This document shows, piece after piece, positions 47,246-56,856 of a stretch of DNA of 64,000 bases. Source of the stretch: a virus; the IMG/VR virus record IMGVR_UViG_3300008121_000001, positions 29,015 through 93,014 of that record. One strand, written 5' to 3'. How positions within the stretch are numbered: the stretch's first letter is position 1; each line of letters opens with the position of its first letter. A program made the position numbers and the translations under genes. The notes beneath the pieces were generated by a model. The model was not told the origin of the DNA. It saw only the letters and a program-made list of their open reading frames with translations, and did no database searches.

Positions 47246-49069
47246 ATGGCAGTCAAAACTGGGTATTCAATCGCAGATATTTCGGCAATCAAAGCTCTTC
47301 CTACAGCTTTATTGATTGATGGTTATGCGCGACTTTGCAGGTCTGTCAACGCTTGGTTCAGCTACAACTCAACCTCGACTGCTACTGCTGATGATGTATC
47401 AGTATTGTTGCCAGTTTCAGGTACAGGACGATGGTTTAAGCTTAAGGCTGACGTAGCGGCTACTGATGTACTTAATTTCAATGAGACAGTAGACGACCGA
47501 GTTGCGGCACTCGTACAAAATAGCTCGACAGTTAGCGCAAGTTACAATGATGCAGCGAACACACTCACTTTTTCTGTGGTAGGTGCAAGTATTGGCGATA
47601 CAGAATTATCAAATTCGGGGGTTACAGCAGGAAGCTACACTAATGCAAATATTACTGTAGATAGCAAGGGAAGGGTGACAGCCGCAGCCAATGGTACTGG
47701 CAGTGGGATGGCTAACCCTATGACCTCTGCTGGAGACTTAATTGTAGGAGAATCGAGTGGAGCGCCTTTAAGATTACCAAAGACAACAAGTACTACCAAA
47801 AAATACCTTACCCAAGCTAAGAATCAGGATAGTCTATTAGCTTCTACAGCTTTACTTGTAATTCCGTCACTCGGCTTAGTTGATTCAAGTAACACTCTGA
47901 ATACTTTAACTAGCTATGGGAATATAGCACTAAGTACTGCACAGTTGAATTTAGCTTACAATTCATATCAAAGCATCTCTTTTGATGGCACTGGAGACTA
48001 TTTTACTGTTCCCACCTCCCCTAATTTAGATTTTTCGACTACAGATTTTACGTGGGAAGCATTTGTTTACTTCACAAATTTAAGTTGGGGGTTTGCTGGT
48101 AAAGTAATTTTAAGTAATTCTCCAGATGCCTCCTCTTCTACAGGGCTTTTTATAAGTTATAGAGGAGAAATACGGGTAGGAAATCCCACTTCATCTTTCT
48201 TACTGGAGACGACAAGCGCAGGAATATTAATCAATACTTGGCATCATATAGCAGTAACTCGGAGTACAAACACTTTAAAAATCTGGATAGATGGGGTTTT
48301 AAGAGCTACATCTACCTCATGCCCAACAACACTTACACAACATTCTTTATTTAGTTTTGGTAATCAACCTTCAAACGGGGGATATTTTCAAGATTTTAGC
48401 GGGTACATAGACGGAATACGGCTAACTAAAGCTGTTAGATACACCTCTACTTTTAACCCATATACAGATACTAATATCACAAATAATTCGTTAGTATTTA
48501 CAAATTGGGAAGATGTTACTTTGCCTAATACTGCTGTAAGTGCTGGCAGCTATACAAATGCAGATATTACTGTAGATAGCAAGGGAAGGATTACTGCGGC
48601 AGCAAATGGTACATCAGGAGGATTTACTAACCCAATGACGACTCTTGGTGACCTTATTATAGGAGGAGCAAGCGGCGCACCAACAAGATTTGTGGGAAAT
48701 ACAACCACACAACTAAAAGTTCTGAGTCAAACAGGAGATGGCACTAATTCAGCTAACCCAATTTGGCGAACGTTAATCAAATCTGATGTATCAGACCTTG
48801 CTGTTTTTACATATACAGTTGCTGGTCTTGTCCCAGCACCAACAGGAAGTGGTACATCAAGGTATTTGCGTGAAGATGGTAGTTGGGGTACTCCAAGTGG
48901 CAGCGCGGCAAGTATTGCAGTGCTTGATGAGGGCATAACATTGACCTCTGCGGCTACAAGTCTTAATTTTGTGGGTGATGGCGTAATTGCGACAAATACT
49001 GGAGGTGACGTAACTGTTACAATAGAAGGTAATAAAGCGGGACTTTATGAATTTTTTAATTTAATATAA
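47246..49069 (+). CDS. tail fibre with LamG domain
   Basis: Two AGSYTNA.ITVDSKGR.TAAANG repeats; SISFDGTGDY..DFTWEAFVY..WHHIAV..GYIDGIRLTK. Confidence 0.85.
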   Translation: MAVKTGYSIADISAIKALPTALLIDGYARLCRSVNAWFSYNSTSTATADDVSVLLPVSGTGRWFKLKADVAATDVLNFNETVDDRVAALVQNSSTVSASYNDAANTLTFSVVGASIGDTELSNSGVTAGSYTNANITVDSKGRVTAAANGTGSGMANPMTSAGDLIVGESSGAPLRLPKTTSTTKKYLTQAKNQDSLLASTALLVIPSLGLVDSSNTLNTLTSYGNIALSTAQLNLAYNSYQSISFDGTGDYFTVPTSPNLDFSTTDFTWEAFVYFTNLSWGFAGKVILSNSPDASSSTGLFISYRGEIRVGNPTSSFLLETTSAGILINTWHHIAVTRSTNTLKIWIDGVLRATSTSCPTTLTQHSLFSFGNQPSNGGYFQDFSGYIDGIRLTKAVRYTSTFNPYTDTNITNNSLVFTNWEDVTLPNTAVSAGSYTNADITVDSKGRITAAANGTSGGFTNPMTTLGDLIIGGASGAPTRFVGNTTTQLKVLSQTGDGTNSANPIWRTLIKSDVSDLAVFTYTVAGLVPAPTGSGTSRYLREDGSWGTPSGSAASIAVLDEGITLTSAATSLNFVGDGVIATNTGGDVTVTIEGNKAGLYEFFNLI

Positions 49070-49075
49070 ACTAAA

Positions 49076-49456
49076 ATGGCAGCATCTCCAGCATATACAG
49101 CAACACCAAGGACAGAAAGAGCTACATTATCTGCGGCTAATACTAATCGTGATGGTACTGGCACAATTGTTAATTTATTTACTGCTGGCTCAAATGGCAG
49201 TCGAGTAGAACGTATTACAATTTGTGCTACTGGCACAACCACAGCAGGAATGATTCGTTTATATTTATATGATGGTACTAATACTGACTTATGGAGGGAA
49301 ATAGCAGTAACAGCAATAACCCCTAGTGGCACAGTAAATTCTTATTATATTCAAATTTCTGGGCTAGCTTATATACTCTCTACAGGTAAAAGTATTCGAT
49401 GTTCTACACATAATGCTGAAACTTTTAGAGTTGTAGCTGAAGGGGGTGACTTTTAA
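49076..49456 (+). CDS. small virion protein
   Basis: MAASPAY..ANTNRDGTG..GSRVERI..GGDF; in fibre operon. Confidence 0.7.
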   Translation: MAASPAYTATPRTERATLSAANTNRDGTGTIVNLFTAGSNGSRVERITICATGTTTAGMIRLYLYDGTNTDLWREIAVTAITPSGTVNSYYIQISGLAYILSTGKSIRCSTHNAETFRVVAEGGDF

Positions 49457-50271
49457 TGAATTTTGGTACTTATGGAATGCCGTTAAGTATCAGCTTAAAT
49501 TCTGGACTGTTTGGATTACCTAAAAGTAGTTCCTTATGGACTCCAAAAAATATAACTACGCAATTATGGTTAGATGCTTCTGATAGTTCCACTATTTTAC
49601 TTACTTCAGATGCGGTAAGCCAATGGAGTGATAAATCTGGTAATAATCGTCATTTAATTCAAAATACTGCCGCAAACAGACCATTAAAAGGTATAAATTC
49701 GATTAATTTTGATGGCATTAATGATTTCTTATCTACATCTTCTACATTCCCATCTTTAACTGATTTTTCTATTTTTGCAGTAGCAGATGGAAGTGCTATA
49801 CCTACTAACCAAGAAAGAGGTTTATTAGCAATAGATAATGGTAATAATACTGGATACTTATTAGGTTATTGGTTTGAAAGAACTAGCTTCTCTGGAGGAA
49901 CTCTTAGTAGTTATATAGGTGGGACTAGCTTGAATACTAGTAGTTCAACTATACCTTTAACAATTTTTACTCCTAAAATCTTAAATCAAATAAGAAAATT
50001 AACTGTAAGTAATTCTTTATTAGATAATGGAATAATAAAAGCTTCAGTGACATCAGGAAATACTGTAACAACTTCTATACCTTCCAATACCCTTTATGTG
50101 GGTAGGTCAGATTTAACTTATTTGGGTAATATATATGAAATAATATTAATTTCAGAAGCTGTTGTTGATGATTTAAGATTAAAAATAGAAGGGTATTTAG
50201 CACACAAATGGGGGTTAACAAATAATCTAGCTAGCACACATTTATATAAAAATTTACCTCCTCAAACTTAA
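49456..50271 (+). CDS. LamG-like virion protein
   Basis: LWLDASD..VSQWSDKSGN..FDG.ND..IEGYLAHKWG. Confidence 0.8.
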   Translation: MNFGTYGMPLSISLNSGLFGLPKSSSLWTPKNITTQLWLDASDSSTILLTSDAVSQWSDKSGNNRHLIQNTAANRPLKGINSINFDGINDFLSTSSTFPSLTDFSIFAVADGSAIPTNQERGLLAIDNGNNTGYLLGYWFERTSFSGGTLSSYIGGTSLNTSSSTIPLTIFTPKILNQIRKLTVSNSLLDNGIIKASVTSGNTVTTSIPSNTLYVGRSDLTYLGNIYEIILISEAVVDDLRLKIEGYLAHKWGLTNNLASTHLYKNLPPQT

Positions 50272-50272
50272 T

Positions 50273-52972
50273 ATGGCTTTAATTAAACCCTCTACAACAT
50301 ATTACTATCGGACTAAAGCAATTAATCTGGACGGAGAATCTGCATACTCAAATATAGTATCTGTAACTACTCCTGCATCATCAACTAGCACTGACGTTAC
50401 TCCTCCATCACCATCTCAGCCCGTAATCGTAGCGACAGAAAATAATAGTAGTTCCATCAGAGTAGAACTGCAAAAAGCTGCGCCTAATGAGTACATAAAA
50501 GAGCTAAAACTTGACGTATCAGTAAACTCCGACTTCAGCTCCCCGCTTTACTCTAACTTGACATTCTTGCTCCCGCAAAATATTGCGGCGACAGAAAAAG
50601 AAACTCTGGCACTTACTATAGGTGGTTTGGCGGCAAATACGCTCTACTACTACCGTTTGCGCTTCTCAAATGCAACTGGACTCTCAGCGTGGACTTCAGC
50701 TTCGCTCTCAACAACCCCAAATTTCCCAATTCCAGATACTTTAGGCACGACAAATCTCACAGCTATTGCGGCTCGACTTAATTGGGGAAAAGTAACAGGC
50801 GCAACCACCTATTTTGTAGATTTGGCGACTGACAGTGCTTTTACTTCACTAATATTAAATAACGTCAATGCAGGAGATGTCAGTTTTCGTGATGTAGGGT
50901 CACTTACGGCGCTAACCCAATATTATTACCGTGTCAGGGCTTCAGATGGCTCTACAACCTCAGCTAACAGCAATGTAGTTACTTTTACCACACTTCACGA
51001 CGCAGAGACTTACGATGAGCAATTTCAGAATCTAGCTACACCCAGCATTAGTAATATTACAGATATTTACTTAACTTCTTTTTCTGTCTCTTGGAACGCA
51101 GTGGCTTTGGCTGATAGCTATAGTGCTCAGGTTTCCACAGCATCAGATTTTAGTGCTGTAGTTCAGACAATAACAACTAAAAACACATCAGCAGCATTCT
51201 CAGGGCTAACAACAGGTACAGTCTATTATGTTAGAGTCAGGGCAATCTCTGTATGGCAAACTACTGCATATTCGGCTACACAAGTAGTTACCACACTTTC
51301 TCTCAATTCTTCGCTCAATCCACCACAACTTCTTACTCCAACAACCATTACTTCGCGTAGCATTCTATTTGAATGGGTGTTACGGAGTTATGCGACTAGA
51401 TATTTGTTTGAGTTGAGTACTTCCTCTATCTTTGCTTCTATTGCATACTCAACCATCACTGGTAATGTGGGTTCGTTGCTGGTTTCGGAGGGTATTAGTC
51501 CAGCAACGACCTATTATGCGCGTATCAGGGCGTTGAACTCAAGCCAGTCGTCTGATTACTCTAATTCAGTCAATACTACGACCTCAGCCGCCCTTACAAG
51601 CATCACTGGAGTCACTACAACCAGTATTACCGATACTTCAGCCGTAATTGGCTGGACTTTAAATGGCAGCTACACCAATTATCTCCTATCGGTTTGGAAA
51701 ACAGAGTCAAATGCTTACTTAGGAGTCAACTTCTACCGTAATAAAAGTCTCGGAAATACCAATACGCATACTATCGACTTATTTTTGGAGCCAAGTTCCA
51801 ACTACAGCTACACTATTACTGGAAAAACAGCTTCTGGAGATACAAGAACAACAACCGTACAAACATTCTCGACAAAAACGGCTGCGCCAATACTTCAACT
51901 ATCGAAGAATTTGCTAACTTGGACATACAACCTAGATAACCTCGAAGTCAGTACTGATGCAGACTTCAAGTTTCTACTGAAAGGGTATCCAAGGAGTGTA
52001 ACCAACAATGGCAGCTTCAATATTGAAAATTTGCTCAGTTCCAATACAAATTACTATATTCGTGGTAATTTTACTGGAGGTATCTATTCCAATATTGTAT
52101 CTACATCAGCTCTTGCAGTTTATAAAGGTATTATAGGCAAAACTTCTTTTTCTGCCTACTGGAAGAAGAACGCTGTAGCTACTTCCTACAGCGTTCAGCT
52201 AAAGGTACTCGATACAGGCAATTACGTGCCTGTTAGTGGTTTCACGTTTCCAAGAAATGTGGGTGACGTAAGTAATTACACATTTGAATCTCTTTCCCCC
52301 GACACACAATATCAGGTATTAGTATATGACTCTAGCTCGAACATTTCTATTCCGTGCTTATTTAGAACTAACTTGTTTGCTAGTGAAAACGAACCTAGTA
52401 ACACATCTCTTACAATTCCTACAGTAGTTCTCAATGGAAGTGCTGGTTTTGACCGAGCCAGTCTAGTTTTAAGTGGATATACCAAGTATTTACTTAATTT
52501 GGCGAGAGACAGTGCTTTCACGCTCGATAATACCTACTTAGAGAGTAGTTCCAATAATATAGAGCTTCTGCTTCAGCCTAATCGTATTTATTATGTACGA
52601 GCCTATGGTTACAACGGAACTAACCGTACTACCTTGCCTTCTACCACTCTTACCATTAATACAACAGCCGAACCATTCACTGAAGTATCTATTAGCTCTG
52701 CTCCAAGCATCACAAGTGTTAATATACTTGATGAGTCGCAGGTTGAAATAACTTTTGCTCAGGTAAGTAATGCAACTGACTATACGCTTGAGATTAGTCG
52801 TGCAAGTACTTTTACAATCCTTGAGGAGTTGAGTGTGACGAGAAGTGCCGATAACAAATTTGTTGTGTCAGGATTGAGTGGTACGATTGCGTATTACATG
52901 AGGCTGTATGCATTTAATCCACACAAAATTTCAGCTTATAGTAGTACAACAACCGTTGATACTACCCCTTAA
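50273..52972 (+). CDS. multi-fibronectin type III virion protein
   Basis: Repeated L..NT.YYYRVRA...S..S FN3 units. Confidence 0.85.
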   Translation: MALIKPSTTYYYRTKAINLDGESAYSNIVSVTTPASSTSTDVTPPSPSQPVIVATENNSSSIRVELQKAAPNEYIKELKLDVSVNSDFSSPLYSNLTFLLPQNIAATEKETLALTIGGLAANTLYYYRLRFSNATGLSAWTSASLSTTPNFPIPDTLGTTNLTAIAARLNWGKVTGATTYFVDLATDSAFTSLILNNVNAGDVSFRDVGSLTALTQYYYRVRASDGSTTSANSNVVTFTTLHDAETYDEQFQNLATPSISNITDIYLTSFSVSWNAVALADSYSAQVSTASDFSAVVQTITTKNTSAAFSGLTTGTVYYVRVRAISVWQTTAYSATQVVTTLSLNSSLNPPQLLTPTTITSRSILFEWVLRSYATRYLFELSTSSIFASIAYSTITGNVGSLLVSEGISPATTYYARIRALNSSQSSDYSNSVNTTTSAALTSITGVTTTSITDTSAVIGWTLNGSYTNYLLSVWKTESNAYLGVNFYRNKSLGNTNTHTIDLFLEPSSNYSYTITGKTASGDTRTTTVQTFSTKTAAPILQLSKNLLTWTYNLDNLEVSTDADFKFLLKGYPRSVTNNGSFNIENLLSSNTNYYIRGNFTGGIYSNIVSTSALAVYKGIIGKTSFSAYWKKNAVATSYSVQLKVLDTGNYVPVSGFTFPRNVGDVSNYTFESLSPDTQYQVLVYDSSSNISIPCLFRTNLFASENEPSNTSLTIPTVVLNGSAGFDRASLVLSGYTKYLLNLARDSAFTLDNTYLESSSNNIELLLQPNRIYYVRAYGYNGTNRTTLPSTTLTINTTAEPFTEVSISSAPSITSVNILDESQVEITFAQVSNATDYTLEISRASTFTILEELSVTRSADNKFVVSGLSGTIAYYMRLYAFNPHKISAYSSTTTVDTTP

Positions 52973-53748
52973 TTTATAGGTGCGAAAATATAATCTGCAA
53001 ACTTAGGGCTAGAACTTCTTACCCTATTTAAAATAGTACTAGGACTTACTTCTTTATCTAAAGCAGCTTTTTCTGCCGATTCGTAATATTTTCCTTCCAC
53101 TATTATCGGTATGCTATTAGGTGATGCGGCACTCATTTTAGCTTTAGCTTCGTCTGTATGAGTTTTATCAAGACGGTATTGGTTGCCTTTCTTTGCATCT
53201 CTATATTTTTTTATAGCCTCTTCACTGCGAATCTTTCCTTTATTTCCAATACTAATTTTTTGTTTTGTTTCTTTGGTATGTGGTTTATCAAGACGATTTT
53301 TATTACCTTTTTTCGCATCACTAATTTTTTGCCTTGTTTCTTCACTAAATTCCCTACCTTTAAGTGAAACACTTAGTTTTGCTTTTGTTTCTTCTAAGAC
53401 AATTTTTCCTGTATTACAAGCAGAAAGTTTAGCTTTGGTTTCAAGTGTATGGACTAACCCTATACCACCTTCCCCACCTACTTTCATGTTATAAGTGTCT
53501 GAGAGATTAACAAAATCTTCAGTAACTATACTTTTTTCAGCCAGATACGCATCTTTAGCACAGTTAAATTCTGCAAGTGTAGTCCTGCTAAAATTTTCTT
53601 TCCCATATTTTTTAATAGATTGTTTTAAACCTTTTCCACTGCCAAGATAATTTTTTGAATAACTTGTATTTTGAAGTCTGTGAACTCCGATATAAACCTT
53701 ACCGTTCACATTATTAGTTGTCTGATATAAAATCCATGTGTTTTCCAT
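52969..53748 (-). CDS. GIY-YIG homing endonuclease with NUMOD3 repeats
   Basis: WILYQTTNNVNGKVYIGVH..YLGSG..YNMKVGG. Confidence 0.9.
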   Translation of the reverse strand: MENTWILYQTTNNVNGKVYIGVHRLQNTSYSKNYLGSGKGLKQSIKKYGKENFSRTTLAEFNCAKDAYLAEKSIVTEDFVNLSDTYNMKVGGEGGIGLVHTLETKAKLSACNTGKIVLEETKAKLSVSLKGREFSEETRQKISDAKKGNKNRLDKPHTKETKQKISIGNKGKIRSEEAIKKYRDAKKGNQYRLDKTHTDEAKAKMSAASPNSIPIIVEGKYYESAEKAALDKEVSPSTILNRVRSSSPKFADYIFAPIN

Positions 53749-53794
53749 CTATATATTCTAAGATATAATGGTGTAAATATCAAGACTTATAATT

Positions 53795-53929
53795 ATGAAA
53801 CATTTTTCCAATTTTTCAGCAAATATTTATCAAACTGGGATACAAAATCTGCTTAGTCCTGTCGTAGAGAAAGAGACTAAAAAATACATAAGAAAAAAGA
53901 AAGAGCAAGCAGAGACAGAAAAAGAATAG
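53795..53929 (+). CDS. 44-aa protein with N-terminal HFSNF motif
   Basis: MKHFSNFSANIYQTGIQNLLSPVVEKETKKYIRKKKEQAETEKE. Confidence 0.6.
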   Translation: MKHFSNFSANIYQTGIQNLLSPVVEKETKKYIRKKKEQAETEKE

Positions 53930-54070
53930 GGCGACCCCGCAGTTTGAGGACTGTTAGTAGCCTTGCAGGGTCTGTAATATATGGCAGTTTCGACTCTTAA
54001 CCTTGTAGCTAGCATAAGACCTTAAGAGTCCCGTGATGCCTACGGTAATCGGTCTGTAACCCGACTTTTT
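53930..54070. ncRNA. candidate structured RNA downstream of portal
   Basis: Stems 53933-41/53964-72, 53992-54000/54022-30, 54031-34/54042-45; possible pseudoknot 53983-86/54037-40. Confidence 0.45.
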
Positions 54071-54086
54071 TAATATATCACAACTA

Positions 54087-55613
54087 TTATGCAGGTGGCG
54101 CTCCTTCTTCAGGAGGATATGCTTCGGCTTGTCCTTCTGGTGGCATAGGTGGAGCTTGAAGTTGTTGCAACTGCGCTTGCAACTGTACAACCTGAGTTTG
54201 GTTCTGTAGCTCCTTCTGTACCTCAGCTTTAAGTGCTTCTTCGGCTTTTTTCTCCTTCTCGGTTTCATCCAGTGATGGTAGACCAAGATTCTTGTAGATG
54301 AGGTTGAGTACTTCGACATTATTAGTATCGATAATGCCACTTGCCATAAGCGAAGTGATAGTACTTAAACGACCATTAATGGTATTTTGGTCTTCTTCTA
54401 CATCAAAAACAAATTCTCCCCAATCTTCACTAAACCAACTTGAAGGGAAATTGTCATGCAATAACCCACGAATCATTTTATGAATAAATTCGTGCTTAAG
54501 TGTAGTTGTTAATGCAAAGATTGTTGCATCAAAGGTCATTTTGAAATTCTGACCGAAACCATTGTTACCGAGATTCGTGGTTCCTGAGCCACTGTTCACA
54601 TCAAATATGCCTGATGGTATGGCAAAACTTGACTGAATACCTCTATCAACATATTCCAGTGCTTTAAAGTGGTTATCGGCAGTATTTTGTATCTGAATAC
54701 GAGTAAGCTCAACATCATTATCAGTGACAATGAATCCTCTTTTTTGAATATCCTTTAGTTGATATGAAAGAGCAGTTTGTTTTGTTACCTCTAATGGTTT
54801 ATCTTTACTATCTTTCTTAACTGACCCATCAGGATTTATTAAAGTTGTTGTACCATTACTAGGTGTTTTAGCCCAGAGTAATCCTTCGCTGTCGTTTTTA
54901 ATTCTTAATGCAAGATGAGTTAAAATCACCTTCTTAAGCTTATAATAAGGCAGTGCCGAAATACCATCTCCGACACCCCAAACTGCTGTCTTATCAAACG
55001 CTGCACCTGCATTATTTATGATATGAATACATTTTTGATATGGTATTTTAACTGTTTTACCATTACCATTATCATATTCAATCCACTCTATTTTCCCAGC
55101 TTGATTTGTACTTTTTCCAAATGAAATAATTTGGTCTGGATTAAGTACATTAATATTCCCTATTCGCCATTGCCCTCTGTAGCCACGTATTTTGCTACTT
55201 TTAGTGAACTCAGCTATACCTATACCGTGTAGTATTACTGAAGAGAGTAGTTTAAAGACTATTTGTTTGAAATTTTTAGGTAAGGTATTTAAGTTACTAT
55301 TTACAAATGCTTCAATTTCTTTTTTTGGATGTTTATACTCTCCAAAGCTTTGTGTCGCACGTAATGCTTTAAAACTTAGACATTGGCTAGCTACAGGGTC
55401 ACGACTTGCCATAAGCGCCATTTCTTTAATAGGAGGGCGGTCTGTTTCTGCTGGATGATTGATACTCTGCATTGCTGCCCCAGTCAGTGAGGCAAGTTCT
55501 GTTGAGTATTGTCCCTGAGCCAACGCTGATAAAGGTGTAGGAACTCCAGAAAATAAAAGCTCTTCGTTTAGTTCTAGCAAGCTTAATTGTACGGCTTCTT
55601 CTGCAACAGGCAT
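54087..55613 (-). CDS. portal protein (DUF935/Mu gp29-like)
   Basis: RDPVASQCL; ILHGIGIAE; IPYQKCIH; LEYVDRGI..F.IP; size and context. Confidence 0.75.
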   Translation of the reverse strand: MPVAEEAVQLSLLELNEELLFSGVPTPLSALAQGQYSTELASLTGAAMQSINHPAETDRPPIKEMALMASRDPVASQCLSFKALRATQSFGEYKHPKKEIEAFVNSNLNTLPKNFKQIVFKLLSSVILHGIGIAEFTKSSKIRGYRGQWRIGNINVLNPDQIISFGKSTNQAGKIEWIEYDNGNGKTVKIPYQKCIHIINNAGAAFDKTAVWGVGDGISALPYYKLKKVILTHLALRIKNDSEGLLWAKTPSNGTTTLINPDGSVKKDSKDKPLEVTKQTALSYQLKDIQKRGFIVTDNDVELTRIQIQNTADNHFKALEYVDRGIQSSFAIPSGIFDVNSGSGTTNLGNNGFGQNFKMTFDATIFALTTTLKHEFIHKMIRGLLHDNFPSSWFSEDWGEFVFDVEEDQNTINGRLSTITSLMASGIIDTNNVEVLNLIYKNLGLPSLDETEKEKKAEEALKAEVQKELQNQTQVVQLQAQLQQLQAPPMPPEGQAEAYPPEEGAPPA

Positions 55614-55651
55614 TTGGTCTTATTATAGATATTATTACCCTAGTATATCTC

Positions 55652-56398
55652 ATGACAGATTTTCTTTTTCCCAAAATCACTGGCTATGAGTTTGTAGCTC
55701 CTCGTACTGCGGTCAACAAACCATTTGAAACAATCTTTGCTGCCGAAGATTTTTCTTTGCACGACCGAATTAATGGTACATATGATAAACATTTTCCTCT
55801 CTATGTACTCACAAATATTCAAGGTGCATCAAGCAATTATCGTCCCAGTATCAATTTAATCAGCGCTACGGGACTAGAGAAAAAACTAATGGGGGCAATG
55901 ACTCCGACTATATACAAAGAAAAAATAAATCGCCGAGAATACGGGAGAAAAAACGAAATTCATCCTACTCTAGGCAATAAAAATCTTGTCTTAAACCGCA
56001 TATATTATCGTGAATTTTTAATTCCTAAGTTTGACCCTCGATACACCTTAATTGTTGATGGTAAGTTTATAACCAACACAATCCAAAAACCCTCAGACCA
56101 ATTTGCCGACATCGGCAATATGCCTAGCAGCGTTTTTGAGCCGTTTGCTAAAGGAAGTCTTGTAAAGTACTCTGGTAACTACTGGAGATGCCTAGAGTCT
56201 ACCAAAGCTTATCCGAGCGGCGAAGATACAAACTGGAAACAACTGCCGCAGGAGCAATCAATTTTTACTGCGGATATTTACTCGATTTTTGGCAGTAACG
56301 TGCAATTCTTACAAACTTACACCGAAGACCGAGAATTTCGACCTGAGCAGCAAGATACCTCTCTGGTTACATATAATGTTTCATGTTTTTATGGTTAG
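55652..56398 (+). CDS. virion protein with CBM5/12-like module
   Basis: FAKGSLVKYSGNYWRCL...P....NWKQL. Confidence 0.6.
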   Translation: MTDFLFPKITGYEFVAPRTAVNKPFETIFAAEDFSLHDRINGTYDKHFPLYVLTNIQGASSNYRPSINLISATGLEKKLMGAMTPTIYKEKINRREYGRKNEIHPTLGNKNLVLNRIYYREFLIPKFDPRYTLIVDGKFITNTIQKPSDQFADIGNMPSSVFEPFAKGSLVKYSGNYWRCLESTKAYPSGEDTNWKQLPQEQSIFTADIYSIFGSNVQFLQTYTEDREFRPEQQDTSLVTYNVSCFYG

Positions 56399-56404
56399 AT
56401 AAGA

Positions 56405-56514
56405 GAGGGTTGAACCCATGAGTGTCCCGTAGGGCGCGAAAGATGTTGATAGTAGGTGAACGTCGGTTTCATACCGTGTGGTTGTTAACTCATCCCTAGC
56501 CTACTACGGCATCC
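56405..56514 (+). ncRNA. candidate structured RNA/leader
   Basis: GC-richer island; stems GATGTTG/CGGCATC, TAGTAGG/CCTACTA, GTGTCC/GGGCGC, CGGT/ACCG; long-range ATGAGT/ACTCAT. Confidence 0.55.
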
Positions 56515-56537
56515 TTTAATCAAGTAAGAATAAATAG

Positions 56538-56603
56538 ATGCTTTATATAATAATTGGTTTGGTTTGTATAATTTTTGTAGTAATCTTTAACGAGTGCAAT
56601 TAA
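56538..56603 (+). CDS. 21-aa TM micropeptide
   Basis: MLYIIIGLVCIIFVVIFNECN. Confidence 0.5.
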   Translation: MLYIIIGLVCIIFVVIFNECN

Positions 56604-56610
56604 TAAATAC

Positions 56611-56685
56611 ATGACTTGGACAACTTTAGCTATTATTTTCTTTATTTTTGTCATTTACGATATCTATGAGCTTCACAAGAAATAA
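56611..56685 (+). CDS. 24-aa TM micropeptide
   Basis: MTWTTLAIIFFIFVIYDIYELHKK. Confidence 0.6.
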   Translation: MTWTTLAIIFFIFVIYDIYELHKK

Positions 56686-56763
56686 ATGAACATTTTCCTC
56701 ACTCTGCTAGCTGGTATATCTCTAGCTACAACACTTCTCGCCCTTTATACTTTACTATTATGA
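56686..56763 (+). CDS. 25-aa TM micropeptide
   Basis: MNIFLTLLAGISLATTLLALYTLLL; abuts previous stop. Confidence 0.55.
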   Translation: MNIFLTLLAGISLATTLLALYTLLL

Positions 56764-56855
56764 TTACTTGGGTTTTGGCGATTTTACTTGTCTTAGTTAC
56801 AAGTTTTGCAGTTTGGCTTGTTTGGCAACTTATGAAATTTGTTCCTTGGAGATAA
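56760..56855 (+). CDS. 31-aa TM micropeptide
   Basis: MITWVLAILLVLVTSFAVWLVWQLMKFVPWR; ATGA overlap. Confidence 0.6.
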   Translation: MITWVLAILLVLVTSFAVWLVWQLMKFVPWR

Positions 56856-56856
56856 T

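Noticed and set aside
53920-54045. Cobalamin riboswitch (AATAGGG..CCCCGC..ACTGT) or hammerhead (stem-GAAAC on minus strand)
   Set aside because: B12 box and GGGAA/T-loop arm are missing; no CUGAnGA; not upstream of a relevant gene
56398-56445. SAM-I riboswitch or hammerhead resemblance (GAGGG-n5-CCC-ATGA; ATGA-stem-GAAA; GAAAGATG)
   Set aside because: No AUC/P1 pairing or GCAACC for SAM-I; no CUGAnGA core or NUH site for a hammerhead
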